Position numbers and translations under genes: made by a program. From the NCBI GenBank assembly GCA_030704615.1, contig CM060734.1:61256001-61320000 (forward strand): a DNA stretch of 64,000 nt, given 5' to 3'. The DNA comes from Takakia lepidozioides (lineage: Eukaryota > Plantae > Bryophyta). Shown here one piece after another: positions 34,259 through 48,600 of the stretch (its first letter is position 1; each line of letters starts with the position of its first letter). Under the pieces are notes generated by a model that was given only the letters and a program-made list of their open reading frames with translations, did not search any database and was not told where the DNA came from.

Positions 34259-37200
34259 ATGGCGCTGGAGGTGACTCAGATTCTGTTGAATGCGCAGTCG
34301 GCCGATGGCGCGTTACGGAAGGTGGCAGAGGATAATCTGAAGCAATTTCAAGAGCAGAACTTGGCTGCTTTTCTCATCACTCTTTCCCATGAGTTATCCA
34401 ACAATGAAAAGCCCCCGGAGAGTCGGAAGCTTGCTGGCTTGATTCTTAAAAACTCGTTGGATGCTAAAGAGAGTGTGAGGAAACAAGAGCTTGCCAGTAG
34501 ATGGGTGTCGCTGGACCCTGGCGTCAAATCCCAGATCAAGACTGCCCTTTCTCAAACCCTATCGTCTCTTGTTCCTGATGCACGTCATACATCAGCGCAA
34601 GTGATTGCAAAGATTGCCGCCATCGAACTCCCGCAAGGCGAATGGCCGGAGCTTGTCGGATCGTTGCTGGCAAACATGGGCGGCCCGCAGTTGGAGCAAC
34701 CTTCGCATCTGAAGCAAGCAACCCTAGAAACGCTAGGGTATGTGTGCGAGGAGGTTTCGGCTGAGATTCTGGCACAGGAACAAGTCAATTCCATTCTCAC
34801 GGCCGTGGTTCAGGGCATGAATGCATCTGAAACCAGCAATGATGTGCGCCTGGCGGCAACTCAGGCTCTCTACAATGCATTGGATTTTGCGCAAACTAAC
34901 TTCGAAAATGATATGGAAAGAGACTATATCATGAGAGTGGTTTGTGAGGCCACACTTTCCCCTGATAGCCGGGTCAGGCAGGCCGCCTTCGAGTGTCTCG
35001 TGTCCATTGGTTCAACCTACTATGAGAAGCTTTCACCCTACATGCAAGATATCTTTGCCATCACCTCTAAGGCTGTGAAAGAGGACGAGGAACCAGTAGC
35101 CCTGCAGGCGATTGAGTTCTGGAGTTCCATCTGCGACGAGGAAATTGAAATTCAGGAGGAGTATACTGGCGACTTCTCTGGTGACTCCGAAGTACCCTAT
35201 TTCCAGTTCATCAAGCAGGCACTGCCGGCATTGGTACCCCTGCTGCTAGAAACTTTGACGAAGCAGGAGGAGGATCAAGATCAGGAGGATGGTGCTTGGA
35301 ATCTGGCAATGGCAGGAGGCACTTGCTTGGGCCTGGTGGCCAGGGCAGTGGGCGATGATGTTGTCCCTCTAGTAATGCCCTTTGTGCAGGAAAATGTGTC
35401 AAAGCCTGATTGGCGGTGCCGGGAGGCAGCCACATATGCTTTTGGTTCAATACTTGAGGGGCCTTCGTTGGGAAAGCTTACACCATTGGTCAACGTGGCC
35501 CTCAACTTCATGCTGAGCGCCATGAAAGATGAAAATAATCATGTGAAAGATACCACTGCATGGACGTTGGGAAGGATTTTCGAGTTCTTGCACGGGCCAT
35601 CTGTTGAACCCCCTGTTATCACCCAGGCAAATCTGCCTCTCATTCTTACAGTTCTTTTGGAGAGTATCAAGGACGTGCCAAATGTGGCGGAGAAGGTGTG
35701 TGGTGCCATTTATTTCTTGGCCCAGGGCTACGAGGAAACTGGAGGAACTTCCTCCCCTCTCTCCCCATTTTTCCAGAGTGTTGTGCAGGCTCTCTTGGCA
35801 ACAACAGACAGAGAAGACGCAGGAGATTCGAGACTGCGCACATCTGCCTATGAAACCCTGAACGAGGCAGTGAGAATCTCTACAGAGGACACCGCCCCCA
35901 TTGTCATGCAGCTGGTGCCTGTCATCATGCAAAAGCTGAATCAAACTCTCGAGATGACAGTACTCTCCTCAGACGACCGAGAGAAACAAAGTGAACTACA
36001 GGCCCTTTTGTGTGGTGTCCTGCAGGCGAGTTGCTCAAGTCCTTTACATTCATGGCTATTTTGTCCAGATTCAAATCAGTTGCCTTGTATGTCTAAGGGA
36101 TTGCAGGTAATTTTTTCAGGGCTGTTTTTCAAATGTTCCAGACACCAGCTGAATAAGGGTCACTCTTTGGGGGGACACTGACTCTTTTTGTTGGCATTCT
36201 GAGAGTCATGTCTGGGAGGGTGCAGGTTATCATTCAAAAGTTGGGAGCATCAGAGGCGACCAAGTACGGGATTGTGCAGTATGCAGACCAGATGATGGGT
36301 CTATTTCTCCGGGTGTTTGCCTGCCGAAGCGCCACAGTTCATGAAGAAGCTATGCTTGCAATTGGGGCATTGGCATATGCAACAGGTGTTGAGTTTGGCA
36401 AGTACATGCAGGAGTTTTATCGGTATTTGGATATGGGGCTACAGAACTTTGAAGAATATCAGGTACACCGAAAGTTTCCAATGTCGTTGCATGAATCACC
36501 ACTATCCTCATGGTGTTTAGGAAGTGATGAGAACATCACTTTTAGTGTAGCGTTTGAGCCTCCTGCCAATTTTCTGCCTTATCAGTTGCTATAATACTGC
36601 ATGAGCAACGATTTCGACGTTGGGCTTCTCATCTACCGCTATCAAATTTGTGATCTCTTAAGTTCTCAAAAGACTCATCTTCATTTGATTGACATTGTGA
36701 TGTGTTACTTTCCTGGAGCTCCAGTTACAGCTGGTGGTACATGTAGAAATTAGTCTCACAACTTTGGGGAATGCAGGTGTGTGCTGTGACAGTAGGTGTG
36801 GTGGGTGATATCTGCCGTGCACTGGATGAGAAAGTGCTTCCCTACTGCGATGGCATCATGACACAGCTGCTGAAAGACCTCTCCAGCAACCAGTTGCATC
36901 GCTCAGTGAAGCCCCCCATTTTCTCTTGCTTTGGGGACATTGCTCTTGCTATTGGGGAGCATTTTGAGAAGTACTTGGTCTATGCAATGCCGATGCTTCA
37001 GGCGGCTGCGGAAATTTCAGCTCAACCATCAATTCGTGATGATGAGATGATTGATTACAATAACCAGCTTCGAAGCGGAATTTTTGAGGCGTATTCAGGT
37101 ATCTTCCAGGGTTTCAAGACCAACAAGGCTGACCTGATGGCACCCTATGCAGGCTACATCTTACAGTTCATTGAGAATGTCTACCAGGACAAGGACAGGT

Positions 37201-38231
37201 GCGTAATCATTGAATGCCTATGGGCCTCCCTTTCGTTACTGTAGAGCTGTTGCTGCCTGTGATTTGCTTCCTGGACATTATACCAAACCCTATTGGAGGA
37301 GGTTTGGCTCTCAGTCAGTCCATGGAGTTTGTTGTCTGCGTGTGGGATACTATCTTTTGAAATTGCTTCCTGTAGCTTTTTGGCTTGTTCAGTTTGGACA
37401 AGGAATTTCTGAGATTGAGAATGAAAGAGAAAAGAGGAATGGCTATCGCTGGCTCTGTAAGTATCGGCAGTAGTGAGGCTTTTTGGAGAGAGGGATCTAC
37501 ATCTGGCTGTTGAGTTAATCTTTCCAAAAGCCTCTGCCCAGACCATGGTCCTCTACTGGGTGACGTAGTTTTTCTTAACAGCACTGCTCGCTTAATCATC
37601 ATAATAATGAAATGGTGGTACAATCCAGTAGTCAATGAATGGAAAGATGCACCTTGTTGAAGCAAGCAGCATTGGAAGCTTCGTGGGATTAGGGTGTGGC
37701 CATTGTCTCTTGAATCCAGGTAACAAGGGTATGGTGGAGAGGTTTTAAGGGGTGGGTGCACTGTTGGACTGGTTCCACTCATTGAATGTCAATTGGCTGG
37801 GCATTTTTGTTCTAGGTGTAAGCTTCCAAATCTTGTTAGGATGTTTATTTGGTCACCGCTCCTGCACTGGATGCAGTTGAGCTTGGGATCTGTGTAAAGA
37901 TTCATCGATGGCTCTTTAGCATCAAAACAAGATAAGGGCAGTAATGATCATAACCGCAAACTTAGCTACACCGGATTCTTGATCCCTATGTTGTTGCTAC
38001 CATAACAGTGTTGTGGTGTGGGGCAGCAGAGATGATGTTGTAACAAAGGCTGCAATTGGTGTTATGGGTGACCTGGCTGATACCTTGGGGACCAATGCTG
38101 GGGCTTTGTTCAAGCGTACTGTCTTCTACAAGGACTTTCTGGATGAGTGCACTTCTTCAGACGACCAGCAGTTGAAAGAGACGGCTGAATGGGCACAGGC
38201 AACCATCACTCGTATCACTAATTCAGGCTGA
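34259..38231 (+). CDS. KPNB1: Importin subunit beta-1 (karyopherin beta); exons 34259-36025, 36226-36462, 36777-37198, 38030-38231
   Basis: MALEVTQILLNAQSADG..IBN_N start, HEAT repeats, ALQAIEFWSSICDEE, DWRCREAATYAFGSILEGP, KPPIFSCFGDIALAIG. Intact frame with consistent splice phases; intron 1 is GC-AG. Confidence 0.96.
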
Positions 38232-39485
38232 GGTTACTCGGTCATTTTCAGCATCATCACAAATTTCGCTCCTGCCCATTTTCCCTTCACTCTATGTATC
38301 ATTGCCAACAATTGTTTTTTGCACACACATACGGTATATCCCACAATTTTAATCTTGGTAGTTGTGTTTTGTTTGCGGTATAAGAAGCCGGTGTTGCCGG
38401 TGCTTATTGAGGTGCGAGTGATACCCTCATAGACTACTTAGAACACAGGTAGCTAGCGTAGCACGGTTTTAAGGACTTGAAAGTCACGGAGATGGGTGTT
38501 CTGGAGTCTCCTCTTCTCTCTCGTGGGATCATCCTACCCTCTATTCATGGATCTATCCCCTCATTCAGAAATCGCCGTACATCATGACCAGATGACATGG
38601 TCAGGGTGCTGGAGGTTTGTTGCTCCATGGTGTAGTCTTTTCCTCCTCTCCCTCTCTTCATCCTTGTCAAGGTTCTGATCTCTAGGTAGACTACAGCACG
38701 TGTTTTTTTAGTAATGTGTTGTGTCTTGAACACTGACTGGGTAAGTCCTGGTGGTAGTTGCTCCAACCTCATTGTGCAGAGAGAGTTAGTTCAAATTGGG
38801 GGTTCAATTGCCGAACCCACTCACTGTTTCATTTGTCGTCTGCTGAAATGAACACTATTGTTAAGCTATGTGATCACAATTCTCTTATGCTTCCTAACGG
38901 TTCTTTCAGGTTCCAGTTGTTGTGTTCTTTAATACTTTACACACCATTGCTCTCTCTCCAGCTATTGCTGAAGGTTAGGGGAGACAGCTAGAATCCCCTA
39001 ATCCTCACTTGCTCATTGGTAGGATCTAGCATTCTGACCATTGATGAAGATGACTGCATATGTTTGCTAGAGGCCCCCAGCAACTGGGAGATTATGATCT
39101 GCCTTTGACTGCCAATCGGCTGAAAGATGTCAGACTGGCACTCTGATAGATTATTTGCAACTCATATTTGTTTGTGTTTCTAAGGACAAGAAAGTATTCA
39201 TTGATTGACTGAATCATTGCTTGACTAGATGGGAAGCAAAATTGGTTTTTGTCAGAAAAAATGGCTGTCCTCTTCATCCAAGTTGTTTGTTAATCCGTGC
39301 AGGAAGATTGTCAATCCTTTGAGCAAAGTTGACATAGTGTCTTGATGCTGTAATGGTTGTGTCGATGCTAGTCATGACTAACCGCACTTGGGGGTGCAGA
39401 GTGTGTAAAAGGTCTCTCTCTAACGAAGAGTCTTGGGTGTTATTGCCATTTTTCTGTTGCCCACTTTGAACGTCTTCCTACCCTA

Positions 39486-39809
39486 TGTTAGAAATCAACT
39501 CCTTACCAAGTCACTGTTACTAAAAGTTATTGTGACTTCAATAATAGCAGTGCTGACAAGTCACAATTAACAGTAGAGATAAGCCTCCGTTAGCTAAGGT
39601 TAGCTTCAGTTAGCAGTGTACCAGAATAGTAGTTGGAGATAACTCAGGCGTTATGCTATAGTAATCTCAGCTATTTCTGGAGTAAACTTTGAGTATAAAT
39701 AGGGAGAGTTATGAGGGTGGACACCCGGCTTGTTGTGGTCCTATGGTTGGGTGGAGAGTTCTCAATAATCAATTCATCTTTTATCTCTATTCTCTATCGA
39801 TTTTCAACA
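39486..39809 (+). repeat. 5' LTR of copia element
   Basis: tgttagaaatcaac...gattttcaaca, homologous to 43688-44040. Confidence 0.92.
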
Positions 39810-42800
39810 CTCTACACTAATTTTATTTTATTTATTTATTTATTTCCTAACATGGTATCAGAGCGAGGGTTTGTCTAAGAGATACAGGGAGATGAGTATT
39901 TGGTTTATAACCTATAGGCTTGAGTGCTTGGTGTTAGATTTAGAAGTTTGAGTGTGTTTTGTACTTCAAACTATCATCATGGCATCCTCTGCTGATCATA
40001 CTTGAGTGAAGAAGTTAGATGGTCACAATTTTCATACATGGAAAATTAAGATGAAGTTCATTCTTCATGAGAAAGATTTGTGTGAGATTACATCAGGAGA
40101 AGCGGTTGCACCAGTTTAGGCACAAAGATCATAGCTGCAAGGATCGCTCCTGAACAACGATTTTTTGAGGAAAAAGATAAGTTGGCTCGAGGAATTATGT
40201 TGTTGAATGTGACTGATTCAATATTTCATCATGTTGCACATGTTAAAACTGCTAGAGAAATATGGATCAATTTATATGTTAGTTTTGAAAGAAAGCATGT
40301 CGTCAATCGACTCTCTCTTAACCAAGAGTTGTTGGAGGAAGAAAATTAAGTTTAAGAAGAAGAAACACAAAGTCTGTTTCTTTTGTGGCATAAGAGGTCA
40401 TTATACACGTGAATGCTTTAAGAAAATGCTAGACGATGAGAAGAAAGAGAAGTTACAGAGTGATTTCAGCAACAATCATGACTGACAGAACTGAACTTTT
40501 TGTTGTAGCTTTGTCAATCTGTGTTGTAGAGATGTGTGGTAAATCATTGATTCAAGAGCATGTCAATATATGACGTTCCAAAGGGAAGCATTCTTAACCT
40601 TCAAAGAACTCTTTGTGGGACATAAGGTGTATCTTGGAGACAACAATACTAGTTTTGATATCTATGGAAAATGTACTATTGTGTTTCAATTATCATCTGG
40701 AGTGTCAAAAGAGATCGAAGATGTTCTCTATGTTCATAGATTGACAAAGAACCTATTGTAAGTTAGTCAACTAACTGAGTAAGGTCTTATGGTTGAGGTT
40801 TCTACCAGTCATTGTTGGTTGAACTGAGATAGTTCAAGGTACAAGCTGGTTGGGGCTGTCCAGGCTTTACATGCGGATTGTAATACTACTCTCAAGCAGA
40901 GTGACCTCAAACATGAGGGACTTGGACATGTCTCAATGCAAAGTTTGACATTCATGTCAGCTAACAATCTGGTTGAAGAAATGGATCTTATAGGAGATCG
41001 GGTCTTGAGTTTTTGTGACGGATGTGTGCATGGTAAACACCATCGCAACTCATTTCCAAAGATGGAGGCTCTCGAACAAAGAAGGTTATTTGAGCTGGTG
41101 CATACTGATCTATGCGGTCATATGTCAACATAATTTCATGGAGGTATAAAGTATTTCTTGATCTTCATTGATGAGTTTTCCAGAAAAACATTTCTTTACA
41201 TGATGTAAAATAAGTTTGGAGTTCTCGATAGGTTCAAAGCGTTCAAAGTTTTGGTGGAGAATCAAATTGGAGAAATGATCAAAACACTTCGGTGTGATGG
41301 TGGTGGTAAGTACATCTCAAAGAGTTTTAACCAGTTCTGTAGGAAGAATAGTATTGTGAAACAATCAACCATAATATACGCTAGAACAGAACTGAGTTGC
41401 AGAGATGAAGAATCGAACACTTGTTGAAAGTGTGAGGTGTATCTTGTAAAACATGAGGTTGGACCACGTTTCTGGGCAAAAGCAGTGGCCATTGCAACAT
41501 ATATCTATAATTGACTTCCTAATAAGACAATATCTGCAAAGACACCTAAAGAGGTATGGAAGGGTGAGAAACCTTCAAGTGATCATTTGTGAGTCTTTGG
41601 TTGTATTATTTTTGCTCATGTTCCAAAAGAGATAAGGAAGAAATTGGATGCAAAAGCAATCAAATGTATCTTCATTGCTTATTGTGAAGAGACCAAAGAG
41701 TATAAGTTGTATAACCCTCATAGTAAGTATGTAATCATCAGTCATGATGTTATATTCAATGAGTCCAGGAACTTTCATCAGGAAACAATAGTTCAAAGTT
41801 GGACCATGAAAAAGAGAACTTGGCTCTAACTCATGAAGATGAAATGGAAGAGAAGATAGTCGAGGAGATTATTGAGGATCAGATAGAAGAGGTACAATCT
41901 ACTATGATTGAAAAACCCTCAAAGGTATCTTCTGCCTATTTTATTGACAATGATGAACCCTAAAGTGTTTCAGATGCACTTAAGAGTGAGAAGTCTTCAC
42001 ACTGGAAGAAAGTTATGGCCTATTTTCAATCTCTTCAAGATAATAAGATTTGGAGTCTTGTTAAACTTCCACATGGACGACAATCTTTTGGTTGCATATG
42101 GATTTTCAAAGTTAAGTGCAATGCAGATGGTTCTGTAGCAATGCACAAAGTTCATTGGGTTGCAAAGGGGTTTTCACAAATTGAAAGTATAGATTACAAT
42201 AAAACCTTCTCCCCTGTTGCATGGATGGAATCAATTCGAGTGATTCTTGCATTCGATGCTGTTGAAAATCTTGAGGTACATCAGATGGATGTATGTACAG
42301 CCTTTCTCAATGGATATCTTATGGAGGAAATATGCATGGACTAGCCAGAGGGATTTGCTGTAAAATGGAAAGAGATGATGGTGTATAACCTCTTCAAGTC
42401 TTTGTATGGTTTGAAGCAATCTCCTAGGGCGTGACATGACAATATTGATGCATATTTCATGGCTGAAGAGTTTGAGATGAACTTTGCTAATCATAGTGTT
42501 TACTATAAAACTCTTGATCATAACAAATTGGCTCTGTTGAAATATATGCAGAGTGATATCTCAAAGGAGTTTAAGATAGTGGATCTGAAAGAGATCATGT
42601 GATCATGTGTTGATCAGGCTTTGTTGAAAAAGACAAAATGATATCTCAAAGAGGTTTGAGAAGGTGGATCTGAAAGAGATCTTGTGATCATGTGTTACTG
42701 ATCAGACTTTGTTGAAAAAAACAAAGTGATATCTCAAAGAGGTTTGAGATGGTGGATTTGAAAGAGATCTAGTACTGCTTGGGGGTATTGGTATCTCGTG

Positions 42801-43687
42801 TTCGACAAGACCGAATGATTTATCTGAACCAGCGTAAGTATCTTGAAGACATCTTAAGGCGCTTTGGTATGGCTGAAAGTATGCCGGTAAATACCCCGTT
42901 TGTTCCAAATTGCAAACTCTAAAAAGAGATGAGTCCTAAGAGTGTTGCAGACTTGGAAACAACGAGAGATGTTCCCTATCAGAGTGTTGTGGAAAGTCTC
43001 ATGTATGCAATGGTTTGTAGATATTGCACAAGCAGTAGGGGTCGTAAGCCAATTTGTGGTTAACCCTGGGCAACTCCATTGGGTTGCAGTAAAACGGATT
43101 TTCCGTTAATTGAGAGGCACACTGGACTATGGTCTGTGTTTAAGAAACAACCAAGTGGGTTCATATGGTATCTCAGATAGAGTTTGCAAAAGTACAAAGC
43201 TATACGACTATTGTGATGCAGCTTGGACTGACAATGTTGATGACTGTCATTCTACATCTGACTATGTTTTTATGCTAGCAAATGAAACTGTTAGCTGAAG
43301 CAGCAAAAAACAATCTACAATTGCTATGTCTTCAACTGAGGAAGATTATGTGGTTGCATCTCAAAGACATGCATTGTGGTTATCATCATTTCTCTCTAGT
43401 ATTGATCGTCCACAGAGGGATACCATGATCATATGTAATGACAACGAAGGGTGTATTGCTCTCTCGAAGAATTTGTTTTTTCATGCTTGCACAAAGCATA
43501 TTGAAATTCATCATCATTTGGTATGAGAGAAGACTGAAGTTGGAATTGTCAAAATGATATATTGCAATACCAACAACATGGTTGTAGACATATTGACAAA
43601 AATGACTTAGTGCTGAAAAGCATGAACGCTTTTGAGGCTTGATGAGAGCAAGTTAAGTGTTTCACTTGGTAACTCGTTGAGTGGGGG

Positions 43688-44040
43688 TGTTGGAAATCAA
43701 CTCTTTACCAAGTTACTGTTACTCAGAGTTACTGTGATGGTAAGTCAGACTTCAATAATAGCAATGCTGACAAAGCACAGTTAACAATAGAGATAAGCCT
43801 CAGTTAGCTAAAAGTTAGCTTCAATTATTAGCAACTTAAGTCAGTGTGCCAGAATAATAGTTGGAGATAATTCAGGCGTTATGCTATAGTTATCTTAGCT
43901 ATTTCTGGAGTACATTTTGAGTATAAATAAGGGGAGCTCGGAGGGTGGACACACAACTTGTTGTGGTCCTATGGTTGGGTGGATAGTTCTCAATAATCAA
44001 TTCATCTTTTATCTAGGCTATTCTCTGTCGATTTCCAACA
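43688..44040 (+). repeat. 3' LTR of copia element
   Basis: tgttggaaatc...gatttccaaca (11-bp terminal inverted repeat), followed by the TSD. Confidence 0.92.
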
Positions 44041-45686
44041 CCCTATATATATATATATATATAAGGGAAATACCTGGGAGCTATAGCTCACAAATTAGGC
44101 CCCTTAATTATAGTGAGAGGAGAAAATAACCTCTTTCACACCTTACGTGAAGGCTTTCGAATGGGACACTGACAAAGAGAAGGGGGAGAAGAGCACACCA
44201 TACCTATCGGTAGCAGGGTTTGACCCCAGATGATCACTCATTGCGTTGTAATGGACTACAGAAAAGTGAGATGTAATTTTGAGCAGAAAATTCAGCCTTG
44301 AATAGAGATAGCGTGACATAGGGTCATAACTGTGTATTTATAAAAATACAAGTGGGCATCGGTTTTCGAGGCCCTATGCTCGGCAACATTGTGGCAAATC
44401 TGGAAGGCTCGGTGCAGATGGACATTAAACAATGCTTCCTCCTCCTATACATAAATCCTTGCATGTGTTTTCTATGATGTTACAATTGCAGCTAAGTTGG
44501 CCTAGCAAAAACTATGTGCAGTAGCAGACAAGAAACCAAAACGAAAAGACTCCCTCCTCGCCTCCTTCAGAGCATCTTGGGGAAAAGGAGGAATCATTTG
44601 TTGCATCATTGATACAGACTCCTGTTCATGGGCAGACTCCTTACCTGAACTCTGGAAACACCGATGGGGCACCGTCTTCGGCCTCCCCTGATCTGGACTC
44701 AAGAGATATTAACTGGAAGCACATAAAGAGGGGATCTAAATCTAAGTTGATCTTCCTCAGTTAGACATCTTCTTTTTTTTCGCTCCTTGGCCGTTCTGAC
44801 CTGTGTTCTTACTGTTCGTCGTTCCGTCCGGTTCCATCTACACTGGGCCGCCTCTCTCTTGGAGTCCTTTTCGAAGCAATGAACTAATCGCAGATTAGCT
44901 CTCCGCGCTATGACAAATCTTGCAACCAATAATAGTGGTTCTACCAGGCCTGCATGCGTAGCCAGGTCTATTTTCTACCCTGTTATCTGATCGTTGGAAT
45001 CTCCAACACGGCCTCCTTGTGTTAAGCCTCATGGCACTTGTAAGGGTTTAATTTTTTCCCTTTTAATAAATTTTCAGGGCTCTCATCCCTTTCAAGTTTT
45101 TAAAAAAAAAAAAAAAAAAAAAAGTGGGCATAAAACTCGTCGTTCGTTATATCAGCTCGTGTATCAGCCACATCATACTACTAAGAAGTATGATACAAAC
45201 CAATCCATTTGTACGCCTAACCTCAAACATAGATGGATCTCATGCTGATGGCCCCTTGCCGTTGCCATCATCCCATGCCCACCTTGCCGCTATCGAATTG
45301 ACGCTCCCTCTCCTCCTCCTCCTCAATCCTTCCTCAGTCCCTTCTTGAGCTCCCACTTTGGCTATAGCTTGCCAGAAGGACTTCCCCACACCTCTAGAAC
45401 CTCCTCCATTCTGGAAGCTTCCCTAGCAAATGCATTTCATAGGGGCCCACATGCAATTGCCTTGCCACTTTCTCATGCCATGCAGTAGCCATGTGGGCTG
45501 GCATGCTATAGCCACCTTTGTTGGGATAGCTTGCTTGCTAGATGTCCAATTTTTTTTGGAAGGATTGGGGTGCATATTCAGAAGTGGAAGAATATGACTA
45601 TGCTTTTGGCAGTCTTTGATGGAAACGTGTATGTGTTGTTGCAGTAGGGAAGCTTGTGAGGAATCTCTAGTGAAGGGGACCCAGCC

Positions 45687-48600
45687 ATGGACTCGGGGCA
45701 GAAGAAGCTGCAGGAGCTGGGTTACAAGCAGGAGCTCACACGCGATCTTTCGTATGAATCTCCACTCTTCCCTTTCCTCCCTCTACTTCCAAAGGCACTT
45801 TCAAATTAAAAAAATGAGGGAGCTTCATCACGAAAGTAGACTCTCCGTAGACTTTCGAAGAGGAACTGTGACGCAAGACGGTTCTTCGATGGTTCATCAA
45901 TATGCTCTTCTTTCTCTCACAACGTCTTTGAATTTATTTCAAGATAGTCTTGACCACACGCACGCGTCTATGGCTGCGTAATGTGCAGTGTTCTATCAAA
46001 CTTTGCGATTTCTCTTGCAATTCTCTCCGTCATGGCTGGCATCACAACCACGTTCAACACGGGTCTGGCGTATGGAGGCATCATCTCCATGACATGGGGC
46101 TGGCTAATCACTGGATTCTTCACTTTGTTAGTGGGTCTGGGCATGGCCGAGGTAAAGTTATATCAACTGTGAATCCTCAGGCTCACGGAAGCACCACACA
46201 AAAAATGTAGCCTGAAAGTTTTCTGGACACATGTCTATCGTAAGATTACCAATGAGGCAGTGCCTCGGCAGTACATCACAGAATTGAGGCGCAATTCAGA
46301 GCCTCAAATTATCACAGGGCTCTCACAGGGATCTAGAATGCAAGTAGACTGAATTAGTAGGTGAGGGTTGCAATGTTGCAATGTCTTCACAACGCAAAGT
46401 TTCTCCTCGCAGAGTCTCTTGAAAGATATGTACACCAATGATTTTCCGTATTTATAGACATCAGAAGTTGAGAAAATCTTGATCCCATTTTGGTGCACCC
46501 TGTTCCAATTGTGGTGCACTTTGTTCGTTGGAGCGTGGAATTATAACCATTTTAGAAGATAAATATATCATTGTAAGCTCTTCATCTGCCCCATCTTTTT
46601 GTAGTTAGAACAATTTTCCATAGACCTCATCTACTTGGAGTATTTTGAGTTTTTCACAAGTAACCATAATAGGTGCACCTGCTAAATTGCAATTGTGAGG
46701 CCATCTACAGATATGTGACCCTTGTGCAAATGTCATGGCACTGAACTGTGATGCTGCCAAAACCTTTTCTTGTATACAACCACCACCACATTTGATGTGG
46801 TCCACGACCCAACTTTGCCTATAACCAGTCTAACCTTCCTATTATCCTGTAAGCAATCGAACTTGAAGCATGGCATCACATACAATTTCTCAGGATGAAT
46901 TCTATGCAGATTTGCTCAGCTTATCCAACATCAGGTGGACTCTACTTCTGGAGTGCCAAGCTGGCAGGTCTAAGGTGGAGCCCCTTTGCGTCGTGGATGA
47001 CAGGCTGGTACACATCCTTCTGCTCATTTCCATTTGGGACAGAGATACTGCTCCGTGTAATCGTTGTAGTATTGAAGTGCACTTATCCTCTTAAGTCTGG
47101 ATAGTTCTTGTCAAGGAAGAGCTCTAATTAAGAATAGATTGATGATGTAGGTATTCCCTATGAATTTTGCAGAGGCCTCCATTTCATGTCCTACTGCAGA
47201 AATCACCAATTAACTATCCACAATAGCGTTATAAGTGTGCCCAACAGCTTGCTTTGTAGGGTTTATGAAAGTGCAAGGCCAGGAGACATAGTTGTGGCTG
47301 TGCAGGAATAAATTGTTGGCCCTCTTATTTGTTACAGCAAGTTGTCAATGAAGGACCCCCAGAGAACAATTGAGTTCATCCTTGCTGTTCTTGCTGTTTT
47401 TATTCTTGTGGATAGCTTCTATGCTTTGATTTCATACAGAAGTGTCCTTCGCATTCATGAGAGCTACCCATAGCACAATTGAAATAGAAGCGTTGCATTA
47501 TTTGGGGTGTTGAAAAAGATGTCAAAATGTCGCTTAAAAAGAGCCTTTCTGAGAGATAGCTTAATAAAGTTTGATACACCATATGTGTTCATTGGACTTT
47601 TGATGTGTTTGGTGCAGGTACAATGTTGTCGGCCAGGTCATCTTTATGGGCTGCACTTAGATTCAAGTCAATTTTCTTGTTGTTCTTGATAGCTTGTATT
47701 CATTTGTCTGTTGTTGATTGCTCAATGTTAAATCCACAATGGCACCAGACTTCAGTCGGAAACATGTACTCATGTTATCCTTCTCATATATAGCTCATAC
47801 TGGTTGAAATGGGCAGGCTGTCAAATCTTAGGTACTCAAGCCATGTCCCTGTGTGGTGTGCGCGCGCGTGTGTGTTAGTTATTCTAAATGTAAAGATTCA
47901 AATTCAATGTGGTGTGCAGTGGGCGGGAACATGCGGCATCTGCTTCTCCCTCACGCAGCTCTTGCAAGTCATTGTTCTTTTGAGCACCGGTGGGGCAAAT
48001 GGGGGCGGTTACATAATGAGCAAGTACACATTAATTGGCTTGCAGGCGGCTATCCTCCTGTCATTGGGCCTCCTAAATTGCCTGCCCATCCATTACCTTG
48101 CATACTTTGGCAATTTTGCTATGGTCTGGAATGTTCTTGGTAAGTGCCTATTTCCCAGTCCACCAGCACAAAGTAAAAGATCCATGCTCATCAGTGATAA
48201 GGTCTCATAGTAGATTGCAACTGGAGGTTGATGGCTTTTTTAAGCTTGAGAAACTTAGTTCGGTCTACTTGTGGATCCTGGGGCATAACTCGAATAATTC
48301 CAAATTCAGCAGGGCTTTGTAGTATATAACGTGAATACCTTCCTTGTAAAGTAGATCTCACATTTCATCTCTTTGTCTCCAAGGATGCATGATGTTGTGT
48401 TTCAAATAGAGGGATACGTCAACTCCTCTGAGTGCATTACATTATGTATATCACGGATGCTGTATGTATGACCTTGAGGAGTTCAGTTTTCTGATAAATT
48501 CATCATCCGTCATAGATTTTTCAGATGTTAACCTTGTTATGAGGCATTAGACTGATATCAAAATCATTGCTTGAGTGTTTGTGTTAACCATACTCATTCC

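Larger units (their letters stand above)
39486..44040 (+). mobile_element. Full-length but degenerate Ty1/copia LTR retrotransposon
   Basis: TSD CCCTA (39481-39485, 44041-44045); two TG..CA LTRs; PBS TGGTATCAGAGC (39853-39864); purine-rich tract before the 3' LTR. Remnants in copia order: gag (KLDGHNFHTWKIKMK), CCHC, integrase (CDGCVHGKHHR..LVHTDLCG), RT (QMDVCTAFLNG), RNase H (TKHIEIHHH). Many stops. Confidence 0.96.

Noticed and set aside
34229-36181. 650-aa ORF as the complete importin protein
   Set aside because: The true start is ATG 34259, and the last ~50 codons are read-through into a GC-AG intron.
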